Positions 40,301-52,824 of a stretch of DNA of 64,000 nt are shown piece after piece. The stretch comes from Leptogorgia sarmentosa (Eukaryota), in contig OZ210885.1 in NCBI GenBank assembly GCA_964658305.1, positions 21,514,001 to 21,578,000 of the forward strand, written 5' to 3'. The notes beneath the pieces were generated by a model. The model was not told where the DNA came from. It did not search any database and saw only the letters and a program-made list of their open reading frames with translations. Made by a program: the position numbers and the translations under genes. Within the stretch, counting starts at the first letter, position 1. Each line of letters starts with the position of its first letter.

Positions 40301-43074
40301 AATCTAAGATGTAGGAGTTGGGGTTTTCCCGATGATAGATCATCCACCCACAGAAATCTCAACTTGTCTCGATCTGCTTGCTTGATTTCAATTTGCAGGA
40401 ACGCCTTTTCAATATCTGCAGTGAGTGCTACAGGGTAGCTCCTGAACTTGATTAGGGTGTCAAACAATGGTGGTATGAAGTTGGGTCCTGTCTCCAAATG
40501 ATCGTTGATGGACTGTTCGCTTTCGTTTCCCTTTGCGCTTCCATCGAATACCACTCGCAGTTTTGTTGTTTCGCTCTCACTCCGCACTACCCCATGATGA
40601 GGTAGATAGTGAGCTTCATTCGTATCAAATTCGTTGACTGGCACCTTTTCTACTATACCCCTTTGTAACTGATCCTGAATAATATTGTTGTACTCCGACA
40701 AAAGTTCTGGATCCCTCTCGAGTCTGTTCATCAGGGATTTGAGTCGACCGGTACAAAGCTCCAAGTCCCGGTTTACAAAGTGTCTTTGACCCTCCTTCCA
40801 TGGAAGCCCAACCTCGTACCTTGGTCCCACAAATTTGATGTCTTCCAAGAACTCATGCTCATTTCCTTCCTTTGGTTCGGTGATTCCCAACGACTCCAAA
40901 TCCCAAAATCTCGTCAATGATTCGTTCAAAGCATGATTATCGTTCGATGGTGATCGGGTAGTTGCATTGCCATCAATAACCAAATTAGTGACCGTGTGCG
41001 CAGGTACTGCACCACTTAATTTCACAGGACCTGTAAGCAACCATCCAAATTTACTGGCCACAGCAGTTGGACCGTCGTCTCCCTTGATGATTTCTCCCGT
41101 TACAACTTCGTAATAGTGATCAGCTCCTAGTAAAATATCGATTGTTCCATTGCTACCATTGACATCGTCCGCCAATTCAAGTCCGTCCAAGTGTGGAAAT
41201 TCAGCAAGATTCACTCGGGTGGTTACTGGCGAGCATATGGCCGGAAATGATAGGGCCTTTACTTCAATCGTGAATTCACCGTCCATGCCTTGAATGCCCA
41301 GCTTTACTTCCTCACAACTTTGTTTCCTAAATTGTTGGTCACCAAACGTATTTAAATGTAAGGTCTCTTTTCTCCTGGTCGCTAGCCCTAATTTAGACTT
41401 CAAACTGCTGGTCACATAACTCCGCTGACTGCCGGAGTCAAAGAGTACTCTTACCCTTTCTTTTCTGGAACTCTCAGGCTTGAATGCGAGAACAGTCGCT
41501 GTTTGCAATAAAACTTGAGTCACCCCCTTCGGTTTCAGTCCCGTATTTGCTGTCGTATTTATTACCTGTTCGGGATTGGGTAAACTTGCTTCATTCTGCG
41601 CCTTCGTTGGTGTGCCTTCGCCTTTCTGGTCAGCGGATTTCTCCTTATTTTCATCCTTGGATTGATCAACCCCACAAATGGATTGATGGTGAGAACCCCT
41701 ACACTTCCGACAGTTATTTTGCTTGCTACATTCTCTCGCTCGATGACTTCGTTGCAAACATACAAAACACCGTCTGTCTCTCCTTAAAATACCCTTTCGT
41801 TGATCCAGGTTTTGGACCCTTGTACACGAAGCAGAGTAATGATATTCACCGCAATACACACATTGTATCTTGAAGTTTCCTTTTGCATCAGGATGTGCTG
41901 CTAACAGTGCCGCTGTGGTCGAAAGATCTTTGGTACGATTTCGATTTCCCTGTTCGGATCTTTGGCCATAAGGGGTGGTAGTACTTGCTTTAGCTGTTTC
42001 ACTCGCTTCCCGTGCTTCTAACTCGAATTTGATCGTGTTTAATAATTCGTCAATTTTCCATACACCACTGGCAGATTTTCTCGCAACTTCGAGTCGTATA
42101 TCATTGGGCAATTTTGCCATTATAATGGGTATCAAAAGGCTGCCATACTGATCTGGTGAAATCCCTAATGACTGCAAGCCACGCACATGAACACTAAGAC
42201 TGTCATAAACAAAACGAAGTGCAGACAAACGGTCTCCTATACATGCGTGAATTTTCAATATCTCATCCATATGTGCTGTGATTATTTGCTGTGGTCTCCC
42301 AAAACGGTCCTTCAGAATTTCGATCACAGAGTCGTAATTTGCCCCAGTCAGGGTTAGGCCCTGTATTGCACGCAAGGCCGAACCTTCCAGCAAAGAGTTC
42401 AGATAATTGAACTTTTCGATTTTTGAAATTTGACTATTATCGTGTATAGCTGAACTATACGAGTCCCAAAATGATCCCCATTTTGTAACATGACCTTTGA
42501 ATTTAGGTAACGTTAGCTTCGGTAGCTTAGATCTAACAGAACTAGGCATGTTCGTGCTCGCGGTCGAATCCGTGGTCGGTATTTGCGTGTTCGTGCTTTG
42601 CGTTGCATCCGTGGTCGGTATTTGCGTGTTCGTGCTTTGCGTTGCATCCGCGTTCGTGCTCTGTATAAAATTGGTAGCATCACTAACCTGAGTTTCCATA
42701 CTTTGTTCCATAATATTGCTTGTTTCCGCGGTTTGTTCGGTATTCTTGCTCGTTTTATCGATAGGCTCGGTTGTAAACTTCGTAATTTTGACCTGTACGT
42801 CACACACTCGCGAATAAATCTCCTCGGTTTCGTCGACATCCCTCACTATGTCTTCCACGTCGCATAACTGAAGAATTTCACAATCTAACTCCTTTAATCG
42901 TCCGATTTTCTCGTTTAATAAAGCTCCAATCGTATTTAATCTTTCGCCTACAGTCGTCGATTTATCCTCTCCGTATAATAATTCGATTGCCTCCTTCGTA
43001 TACTTGGTTACTACCCCTCGATTACCCGATCGTATTGCTTTCAGTCGCTTTAATTTCTCGTCGTTTTCAGCCAT
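37311..43074 (-). CDS. BEL gag-pol polyprotein; open for ~1500 aa, then a frameshift (~38570) and a stop (38349) in integrase
   Basis: DUF1759, Zn knuckles, protease FDSGSQ, RT YVDD, RNase H FSDAS/WTDS, integrase SDNATTF..WWGGFWE; 39-bp TTDATQSTNTQIP repeat at ~42550-42660. Confidence 0.93.
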
Positions 43075-43142
43075 CTTTCGCGTGTATTTTCGTAATTTCG
43101 TAAACAAAACTCGTCGATTTCGCTAGCAAACACTGCTGCAGT

Positions 43143-43160
43143 GCCCCACGTTGGGCGCCA
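43143..43160 (-). promoter_or_regulatory. Primer-binding site, tRNA-Lys
   Basis: TGGCGCCCAACGTGGGGC directly after the LTR-terminal CA. Confidence 0.92.
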
Positions 43161-43511
43161 TGTTATAAAGATTCGATCTCTTTCGTTGGAAATATTATTA
43201 TTTGAACATACAAATACTCCAATACACAAAATGTTGTTCTAAGGTTCACTGTTCAGTGTTCACTATACAAAACCTACAAACCATGTGTTCGATCACGTGA
43301 TTACGCACGCCAACCTGCGCTCGGGCGAAATCTAAATGATGTTCTTTACATTGTTCGTAAATTTGATTTCATCAAAATGCTTTCTGTCTGCCCATTATTT
43401 CAGTTTTAGCTAGTGTCAACTGTGATGTGAAGCGCAGTTTGAACTTGCGATATTCAATTACACTGTCTCAACCGGAAATGCTTATTGACGAGCAAGCGCA
43501 CACACACTACA

Positions 43512-43651
43512 TTTCCCAGATGTATAAGTCTTACGATTCCATTATGGAGAGAAACGGATCGTTACAATGATAATATATGAGGGTTGTTTAGTCTCATTTG
43601 TCTTGGAAACCCGTTTTCAGTCGTTTACTTGTTGATTGTTAATATGACAAT
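43512..43651 (+). repeat. 140-bp flanking direct repeat, left copy
   Basis: Equals 47621-47760 with 2 mismatches. Confidence 0.95.
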
Positions 43652-46600
43652 TGTTGTATATAGTACCCCTATGTACCTTTATATCCTGTGTCCGCATGAC
43701 CCCAATGCATGCTGGGGTATGTTTATATATGGCTTCTGCCATCTTGTATTTGGGAGTTGCAATTATATTTCGTAGAGTAGACAGCTTGTCTCTTACTCGG
43801 CACGATACTACATGGTGGCAGCGGTAAAAGTATTATAGAATGACTGAGGGTGCAACTGGGAATGTGTCCCAGGCATCGAATATACCAATTCCTGAGAAAT
43901 TCCCTGGGAGAAACGGTCCAGAACAGGCCGACTTGTGGCCCAAATGGATTTGCCGATTTGAACGCTATAGAATTGCCTCGGGGCTTAGCAAGAAAACAGA
44001 AGCTGAACAAGTGTCTACACTGCTATATGCGATGGGAGAATGCGCTGACGACATCTTGAAAACATTGCAAATCGTTGAAGACAAAGATTACAGATAGAAT
44101 TATTGTAGGGGTTATAGATGATTCACTCTCAGATCGCTTGCAGTCTAAATCAAAACTGACTTTAGAAGAAGCAGTACAGATTTCTCGACAAGCAGAAGAA
44201 CGAAAACATAACAGAGAAGTAGTGAGAGGGGATACTACAAAGAATAATGAAGTATATGATGTTAAAGATGAAGGCCGAAACAGGCCAAGATATCGTAAGC
44301 CCAAGGGTCCTCAATTACCCAGGAAACCTGGGGAGAAGTGTAATTGGTGTGGGCATGAGAAACATGAACGTAAACTTTGCCCAGCAAGAACTGTTACTTG
44401 TAATAAGTGTAAGAAAAAAGGCCATTACCAAGTAGTTTGTCTAAGCAAGTCCAAACCAGTTCATGAAGTTAAAAGTTTGGGTGATGATCAAGTCTTATTT
44501 CTGGGGGAAGTCAATGGGGGAAGTAATGATTCCTGGACAGCACAAATCGGGGTGAATGGTCACAACACAAAGTTTAAATTGGATACTGGGGCATCTGTCT
44601 GTGTGATGAGTGACTCTGTTCCCTGGGTAAAGGATATTGTGTTAAATAAGCCTGAGCAAACCCTTAGAGGTCCTGGGGGAACAAAGCTTAAAGTCATGGG
44701 AACTTTCTTGGCATCTATGAAATATCGCAATAAGAAGGTCCAGGAACTAATTTATGTTATTCAGAATCAACCCTGCTCCTTGTTAAGCAAGAAAGTTTGT
44801 GTACAGTTGGGCCTTCTTAAATTAAATAATGTAGGAGAAGTCATCCAGTCACCTCCCGATTTTCGAAAAGAATTCCCTACATTATTCCAAGGGTTGGGAA
44901 AACTAAAATTTGAACATCACATAACATTGTGCAAAAATGCTACTCCAGTTTGTCTGTATAATCCTAGGAAAGTGCCTTATCCATTGTTATCCAAAGTCAA
45001 GGCAAAATTACAGTCTATGCTTGAGCAAAATGTTATTTCACCAGTGACTGTTCCTACTGAATGGTGCTCGGGTATGGTGTGTGTTAACTATCCAAGTGGC
45101 AAAGTCTGTATTTGTGTTGATCTTACTCAGTTAAATAAAGCTGTTAAAAGAGAGGTTCACCCAATGCCGTCTGTAGATGAGAGCCTTTCAAAGCTGGGTC
45201 AAGGGAAGATATTCACTAAGCTTGATGCAAATAGCGGGTTTTGGCAGGTCCCACTTGATGAACAGTCGAGGCTCCTAACGACATTTATAACACCATTTGG
45301 TAGATTCTGTTTTAACAGGTTACCATTTGGTATTAGTTCCGCTCCAGAGATATTTCAGAGGTTGATGTCTAGTATTCTAGAAGGCCTTGATGGAACCGTC
45401 TGCCAAATGGATGATGTCTTGATTGGCGGCGAGGATCGTGCTCAACATGACGAAAGAGTACGAGCAACATTACAACGCATTCAAGATGCAGGTTTGACCC
45501 TCAATGAGAAGAAATGTGAGTTTGGTAAAGAGTCCATCAAATTCCTAGCACATGTGATTGATGGTCAGGGCATCCACGTTGATCCGGATAAATCAATAGC
45601 AATAGCAGAGTTCCCCACTCCAAGGAATGTCACAGAGCTTCAAAGGTTCCTGGGTATGGTGAATCACGTTGGTAAGTTTATACCAAGTCTCGCAGACCTC
45701 AATGAGCCTCTTCGACAGCTTCTTCATAAAGATGCGGCATGGACATGGGAAGCAGTCCATCAAACAGCTTTCGTACAGATCAAAGAAAAGTTGATGTCTC
45801 CGCAAGTTCTGGCCCGTTATGATGCAACTAAAGAGACAATAGTCGCTGCGGATGCTTCTGCTACCGTGATTGGTGCGGTGCTCATCCAGATTCAGCAGGA
45901 CGGGTCTCGGAGGCCTGTTTATTATGCTTCTTGTGCGTTATCGGAGACTGAGAAGCGATATGCAGTTATAGAGAAGGAAGCTTTGGCTGCAACCTGGGCT
46001 TGTGAGAGATTTTCAGATTATATTATTGGATTGCATTTTACCCTGGAGACTGATCATAAACCTCTCACAACACTCTTCAACGCTACTGAGTTGAGTAGAA
46101 TGCCCTCTCAAATCCTCAGGTTCCGGTTACGTCTCATGAGATTTAACCCCTACGTTATTCACGTTTCTGGGAAACAGCAGATTGTGGCAGATGCATTGTC
46201 TCGTGCTCCTGTTGGTAAACCGGAGGAGGACGATCATATTCTCGTCGAGGAAGTAGAAAGTTATGCAAGCGAGATGTTGCGCACATTACCTGCAACTACA
46301 GACCGTCTGGAAAAAATACGAGCAGCTCAGAAAGCAGATGAGGAATGTTCTTTGATCCAACGGTATTGCTCAGAAGACTGGCCTATATACAGGCCTAATC
46401 AGCCTCTGATGCGGCCATACTGGGAGGCACGGAGCCACCTAACAGTCGTTGAAGATCTTTTGATGTATGACAATCGACTTGTTATTCCAACGTCCGGAAA
46501 TGTTATCAATATTCTTAAGGAACTATTTTCCACTCACAGAATTCCAGACATTGTCATTTCAGATAATGGACCGCAATTTGCCTCGGAAACTTTTAGCGAC

Positions 46601-47620
46601 TTTGCTAAAACATACGGATTTACGCATAATACAAGTTCACCTCGATATCCTCAAGCCAATGGCGAATCCGAAAGAGCAGTGCGTACAGCCAAAGAGATTT
46701 TAAAGAAGAATCAAGACCCTTACCTAGCTCTACTGTCATATCACTCAACACCTTTACAGAATGGTTTGTCGCCAAGTCAACTCCTTATGGGTCGGCAGCT
46801 AAAAACACAGTTACCTGTCCACCCAGTTAATCTCAAACCCAGGGATCTTACATCCGAGTTGGCTAGAGTGAGATCTAAGGAGAAGATGTATCGAAAGGCA
46901 CAAGGAATGGCTTACAATCGACGGCATAGAGTAAGAGAATTGCCAATCTTGGAACCTGGAGATGAAGTATGGGTAAAAGACCAGAGTAGAGAAGGTGAAA
47001 TTCTCTCTCCCACATGAAATCCTAGGTCCTACCTGGTAAAGACAGACAAGGGAGTTCTTCGGCGTAATTGAACTGCCTTGGTTTCTATTACGAAAGAAAG
47101 TCGAGAAGGAAAACCTCAGATAGAACCCGTAAGTGGTGTTCCTCCAGTCCAGCAACCTTCCCCACAACCTGAACGACCTATACAACAACCCTCAGTTTCC
47201 ACATCCAGGTCTGATGATCATCCAGCTCAATACACCACACGGTCTGGTAGAGTTGTTCGACTACCTCAACGATTGGACTTGTGATGGACGATAAGTAGAA
47301 CGTTAAATATTTAATTTAGATATTTATGACAATGGTTTTGAACGGAAAAAATTAGTTACTAGATAAAATTTACCAATTCTTTATATATTATAATTACCAC
47401 ATTTGGTTAACTTTAACATTGGACTTTAATTAAAGAATAGCTATTGTATTCTTAGGGGGAGGTGTTGTATATAGTACCCCTATGTACCTTTATATCCTGT
47501 GTCCGCATGACCCCAATGCATGCTGGGGTATGTTTATATATGGCTTCCGCCATCTTGTATTTGGGAGTTGCAATTATATTTCGTAGAGTAGACAGCTTGT
47601 CTCTTACTCGGCACGATACA
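43652..47620 (+). mobile_element. Ty3/Gypsy LTR retrotransposon with deletions in gag and integrase
   Basis: LTRs 43652-43812 and 47463-47620; tRNA-Leu-type PBS TGGTGGCAGCGGT at 43813; PPT 47454-47462; protease LDTGA, RT QMDD, RNase H ADAS, integrase SDNGPQF. Confidence 0.95.
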
Positions 47621-47760
47621 TTTCCCAGATGTATAAGTCTTTCGATTCCATTATGGAGAGAAACGGATCGTTACAATGATAATATATGAGGGTTGTTTAG
47701 TCTCATTTATCTTGGAAACCCGTTTTCAGTCGTTTACTTGTTGATTGTTAATATGACAAT
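47621..47760 (+). repeat. 140-bp flanking direct repeat, right copy
   Basis: Equals 43512-43651. Confidence 0.95.
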
Positions 47761-48100
47761 AACAGCCGAAATCTCAGCATTGTGCGATAAATCAAACCCA
47801 AATACGATTCGCTCAACATAGATGGCACAAGTTATATGCCTTAAGACAACTAACCTAGCTACAATGCCTGATCTATTAGTATTAGAATAAGTATCAAAAT
47901 GCCTCATCAACATATCCTTGGACATCCATATAAGTTTATCCTGTTAATTATTAACTTTTTGACTTTCAATCACAGCGGAATGTTTAAGAAATTTTATGCC
48001 AATATTTACATACAAAACTAGTTATATATAAATTGTTATCATATCATTTAATGAATTTTATTTGGTTGGAAACGATTGAAATATTGCTATATGGGTTCAG

Positions 48101-48355
48101 ACAATCATATTCATAAGTAGTTGGGACACTAGTGGTCTTAGGACATCAGTGGTATAAGCCCATAATAACAGCCCATAATAACACCCCTCCCCTCCCCCAC
48201 CCCATTCAATGTTGTTTTTCGAATACATACATGATTGTACGTAAAAACCAAGTGCCAACTATAACACAACATTGCATTGGGGGCAAGGGGGGTTGACGAT
48301 TCAGAAAATGATGTGTATTTGGGGAATCTGTCCCAACACATCTGAAAGTGATTGT
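48101..48355 (+). mobile_element. MITE-like dispersed repeat, copy 2
   Basis: Near-identical to 36101-36357. Confidence 0.8.
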
Positions 48356-49850
48356 AGCTAAACAAAAATTAAATCAAACAAATTCATTTCAAATAAACGT
48401 TTGGAAGAACCTTTCCTTTGAAGAAGCCATTTGTATTTTCCACAATTTTCCCGCTTTTGGCATATGCAGAATAAATTAGTCGATGTCATGTATAATTTTC
48501 AATATACGACATAATTACATCATAATGTCGTATATGAGGATTTATTGCACTGCTCCCAACCAACCAAAACCCTTGAATTATTTGAAATAATAATAATACC
48601 TAATATTACATGTAAATGTCATTAAATTATTTAATTATATCGTTTTGGCCTTATTTCAATTTTGACTGCCATCTTGAATATGATTAGATTTAACCTGCGA
48701 ACAGGAACAACAAAAGCATCTCGCTGCTGATTGAGCTACTTCAACAGAATGTATCCAGTTTTTATATAGCGTGCTGTGACAAAACCGTATATCTGTACGC
48801 ATTTTCAATTTACAAATCGAAACGCCGATAAAACAGCAGGCTGCCGTTTCAAATGCTTTATTTAATTACAACTGGAGATTGACAGGGACCTGCAAAGTCA
48901 AGATTGTTTGCTTAAACCGCCGTACTTAAACACTGTACTTCACATTTTCGCAAAAATCCCATCGAAACATCGGCTTAACTCCTCGAAGGCTGCCATCTTG
49001 CATTATGTCATTGTAAGCAAAAGTTCGTCACTGATTAGCTAGAAGCTAACAGGGTCATAGCATAGTATCTGCGAATTTGCAGATACAAAAACGATGGTGG
49101 GTCGCTTTCCCAGACCTTTAAATATACTCGATCGTAACGATCGATCATGCCCATTCGGAACAACGTTCTTGAAAGCCTCAAACAAATGTAACTGAACTTC
49201 GGGACTAATATTTATAAAACAACCCGACTGCAGGTCATAGTAAGCTACGTGAATTTGCTCGTCTTGTAATCGTAATCTCCTTGAGAGGGGTTCCCCCTGC
49301 CAGATTATCTCATGCATTTGCCCCTCAAAAAAACTTGACCCTGGATATGTATGGCACTGGAGTGTACTTAGAGTGACATCTCACAAAAGTGATACCTGAT
49401 TGGCTAGCACCAACTATTTACATGAACCTTTAAGGAACCTGTTAAGAGCTGTAGTATATTGTGTGATTCCATTATTTAAGAAATAGATAACGAGTCGCGT
49501 GCCATTATGCTTTTATAATGCACGAGGGAAATGTTGGGAGAATACAAGAGAATCGCGTAAAACACGAGGCGTAGCCGAGTGTTTTACGCGATTCTTGAGT
49601 ATTCTCACAACATTGCCCGAGTGCAATTATAACAGCATAATGGCATGTGACGAGTTTTTCTATTTCTTTTATAATATAAGAGAATATTAGCGCAACAAAT
49701 AACTTCGTTAGGAAGATCAAAATTACAATTCTCTTTACATGTAATCAAGCGTGTTCTCAAATGTTGCCAAGCAGCAACACAGCTTTATTCCTTTAGCTGA
49801 GCGAAAGCAAACAATTCAAGCATTTTTTATGGATGTATTTTTAGTATATA

Positions 49851-51426
49851 CAAGTGCATCTCAAAAAATTAGAATATTGTGGAAAAGTTGATTGTTTACT
49901 GTCATATAATTTCCAAAATAAAAAATGGGAAATCTACAAAATCAATGGAAGATGAGATAAAGGAATTTAAATCCAATTTTATTTTAAGTACTCAATCACA
50001 GCGTGCAGGTCATTAAAAACAGAAATTTGATATCTCAAAATATTAGAATAATATATACTTTCCACCAGTACGCATAACTTTTTGGGATTATATGAGTAAA
50101 AAAAATTCATGCAAATGTACAACCACAAGCGTTAGGTGCCCAATAATGTCTTTATATACAATTGTCAACAACTGCAGGGCAACCATGGGAAAAAAGTCAG
50201 ATCTAACTGATATTCAGAAGACCATTATTGACACATTGCACAAAGAAGGAAAGACTCAGAAAAGGATTGCTGAAAGAACGGGCTGCTCACAGAGTGCTGT
50301 TTCAAAGCATCTTCGTGGAAATTTACAAGGAAGGAAACGATGTGGCAGGAAGAAGTGCACAAGTAAAAGGGATGACCGTAGCCTGGAGAAGATCGTCAAA
50401 CGTGGCCGTTTCAGAAACTTGGGAGAGCTTCATAAGGAGTGGACTCAAGCTGGAGTTAAAGCGTCAAGAGCCACCACACACAGGCGCCTACAAGAAAATG
50501 GCTACAAATGTCGCATTCCTTCTGTCAAACCGCTTTTGAATCCGAGACAACGTAAGAGGCGTCTCGCTTGGGCTAAGGAGAGAAAGAACTGGACTGTTGC
50601 AAAGTGGTCCAAAGTCCTCTTTTCAGATGAAAGTAAATTTTGCAAATCATTTGGGAATCAAGGTCCGAGAGTATGGCGAAAAAGCGGAGAAGCACATAAT
50701 GCAAGTTGCTTGAAAGCCAGCGTAAAGTTTTCGCAATCAGTAATGGTTTGGGGTGCAATGTCATCTGCTGGTACTGGTGAACTGTGTTTTATTAAAAGAA
50801 CAGTCAATGCAGCCGTCTACCAGGAGATTTTAGAACATTTCATGCTACCGTCAGCTGAAAAACATTTTGGAGATGATGAATTTATTTTTCAACATGATTT
50901 AGCACCAGACTTGACTGGCCAGCTAACTCGCCTGACCTGAACCCCATTGAGAATCTTTGGGGCATTCTCAAGAGAAAGATAAGGAACACTCGCCCAAACA
51001 ATGCAGGCGAATTGAAGGCAGCTATAAAAACAGCCTGGGCTTCAATAACACCTCAGGAGTGTCACAAATTGATGACCTCAATGCCACGACGTATTGACGC
51101 TGTAATTCGCGCAAAAGGAGGCCCAACCAAATACTAAATGAATACTGAAATGAGCTCAATGTTGTGTGTTACTCAGAATTTAAAACTTCTTACATTCTAA
51201 ACCTTCATCTTAACGATCTTTAAGGTTATTCTAATATTTTGAGATACCAATTTTCTGTTTTTAATGACCTGCACGCTGTGATTGAGTACTTAAAATAAAA
51301 TTGGATTTAAATTCCTTTATCTCATCTTCCATTGATTTTGTAGATTTCCCATTTTTTATGTTGGAAATTATATGACAGTAAACAATCAACTTTTCCACAA
51401 TATTCTAATTTTTTGAGATGCACTTG
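49851..51426 (+). mobile_element. Tc1 transposon of IR/DR type
   Basis: ~200-bp TIRs starting CAAGTGCATCTCAAAAAATTAGAATA, with inner direct repeat near 50032; TA TSD. Confidence 0.97.
50185..51137 (+). pseudogene. Tc1 transposase with frameshifting deletion near 50908
   Basis: Paired-type HTH, FSDESKF, FQHDLAP | WPANSPDLNPIENLW..GGPTKY*. Confidence 0.93.
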
Positions 51427-51985
51427 TATGTATTTTTATTGTCTTTTTGTCAAACCAAAGAGTCGCGGGAGAAATTTAATAGCTAGATGCGTGCACGCTC
51501 ATTAGCCAATCACATTGCAAATTTTACCCTACTTATATTATAATGTCTCGTACTGGCTGAATTTCCCTTCTAATATGTTGTAATTGCCCATCTGTAATGT
51601 TAACTGAAGATTGTGGAACCACAACTTGGTAGTTTTGTTGTTGTTCTGGGACAGGACCATCTTCATCAATGCCTAAAATTGAGGGCTGGACTACATCTTG
51701 TACTGCGGTGGATGATGAACTGCTCTGAGTTATCATTCCCCTGATCCACAACTGTTGTGGGGAAAAATTGCATTCAGTTGACACTGGATGATTGTTCCAA
51801 CGTGAACAAAATTGATCCAATGCCTCATTAATTAAGTCTAGATACACAAGTTGGAGAGCAAACAAGTGCATCTCATTGTATGGATCTAGCACATTATTTC
51901 CCTCCAGGTATAAAAAAATATTCAAAAACCGAGAAACAATGACTCTATTGACATCACGCCAAAGTTGCTCAATGTCAATGCGTTG

Positions 51986-52816
51986 CAGTGGCGTAACAAC
52001 CGGGGGGGGCAGGGGGGCGAGCCGCCCCCCCCACAAAAAAAAATTGTCGGGAAATTTGTTCAAATTCTGTCTGTCGGGAAAATGAATTTGAAACCTGCTT
52101 TTAAAAAATTGTAGGACTGTGAGACGTTCCACAATCCACAATAAAGTAAATCGAAAAGAATGAGACGAAAATATAATTGCTGTAGGCAATAAATTGTCTA
52201 CAAAATATCTGTTAACATATTGGGGCGGTTGGCCCTTATATAATTATAGCTTACATGTTGTACTCATATCATATTGCATAACTTATCGGTACGCTGACCA
52301 TCCTGGTCAGTGTGCTCATGTTTCTTTTGTTTCGTTTGTATTGAGAAGAATTACTAGAATTGTTGAAGAATAGACACTTATAGATAGAGACAGGTATTGA
52401 TATTTTTGTTGTATAAAATTGTATACTGCAATGGGCATTGAAAATACATGTTGGGAATTGTTCAATAAAGTATGTATTAGTATTATCGGACGCATATAAT
52501 ATTGTCATATTAATAGACGCAATTAATATTATCAATTGAATCAATTGAATATGTTATGTATCGGCCATTTATAGTTTCGAGGACCGCTAATTTAAACCTT
52601 AAACCAGCGGCTGCAGGGTGTAATATTACAAATATTGCGGTGTGCTGAATACTTCAAGACAAAAATATGAAGTCGCTTAATTGAGAAAACGAGTTAGGTA
52701 CAAGATGACCTTTGTCTTACCAGTTACCCTTGTAAATGCGTATAAAATTTGTTAAATTTGTCGGGAAAATTTTGACTTTGCCCCCCCACAGCGCACCCCC
52801 ACTTGTTACGCCACTG
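51986..52816. mobile_element. hAT-type MITE
   Basis: TIR CAGTGGCGTAACAA; 8-bp TSD ATGCGTTG (51978-51985, 52817-52824). Confidence 0.95.
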
Positions 52817-52824
52817 ATGCGTTG

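Larger units (their letters stand above)
37064..43350 (-). mobile_element. Near-intact, young BEL/Pao LTR retrotransposon
   Basis: 190-bp LTRs 37064-37253 and 43161-43350 (3 mismatches by eye), TTGTT TSD, PPT 37254-37261, PBS 43143-43160. Confidence 0.97.
49477..51541 (+). mobile_element. Hairpin-headed non-autonomous element (Crypton-like) carrying a nested Tc1
   Basis: ~190-bp palindrome 49479-49667 with apex GAGGCGTAGCCGAG; body IR ATAATATAAG...CTTATATTAT; removal restores the integrase frame. Confidence 0.8.

Noticed and set aside
36101..48355. Two MITE copies as ends of a composite transposon or LTR pair
   Set aside because: No shared outer TSD, no TG..CA ends, and no PBS or PPT.
49039..49317. 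92-aa ORF as a possible PB1-like domain or partner of integrase copy 3
   Set aside because: No motif I can support, and it is on the wrong strand to be a convergent HECT partner.
51533..52189. 218-aa ORF as an intact protein
   Set aside because: The N-terminal ~68 aa come from the hAT MITE and the stop comes from the hairpin element.
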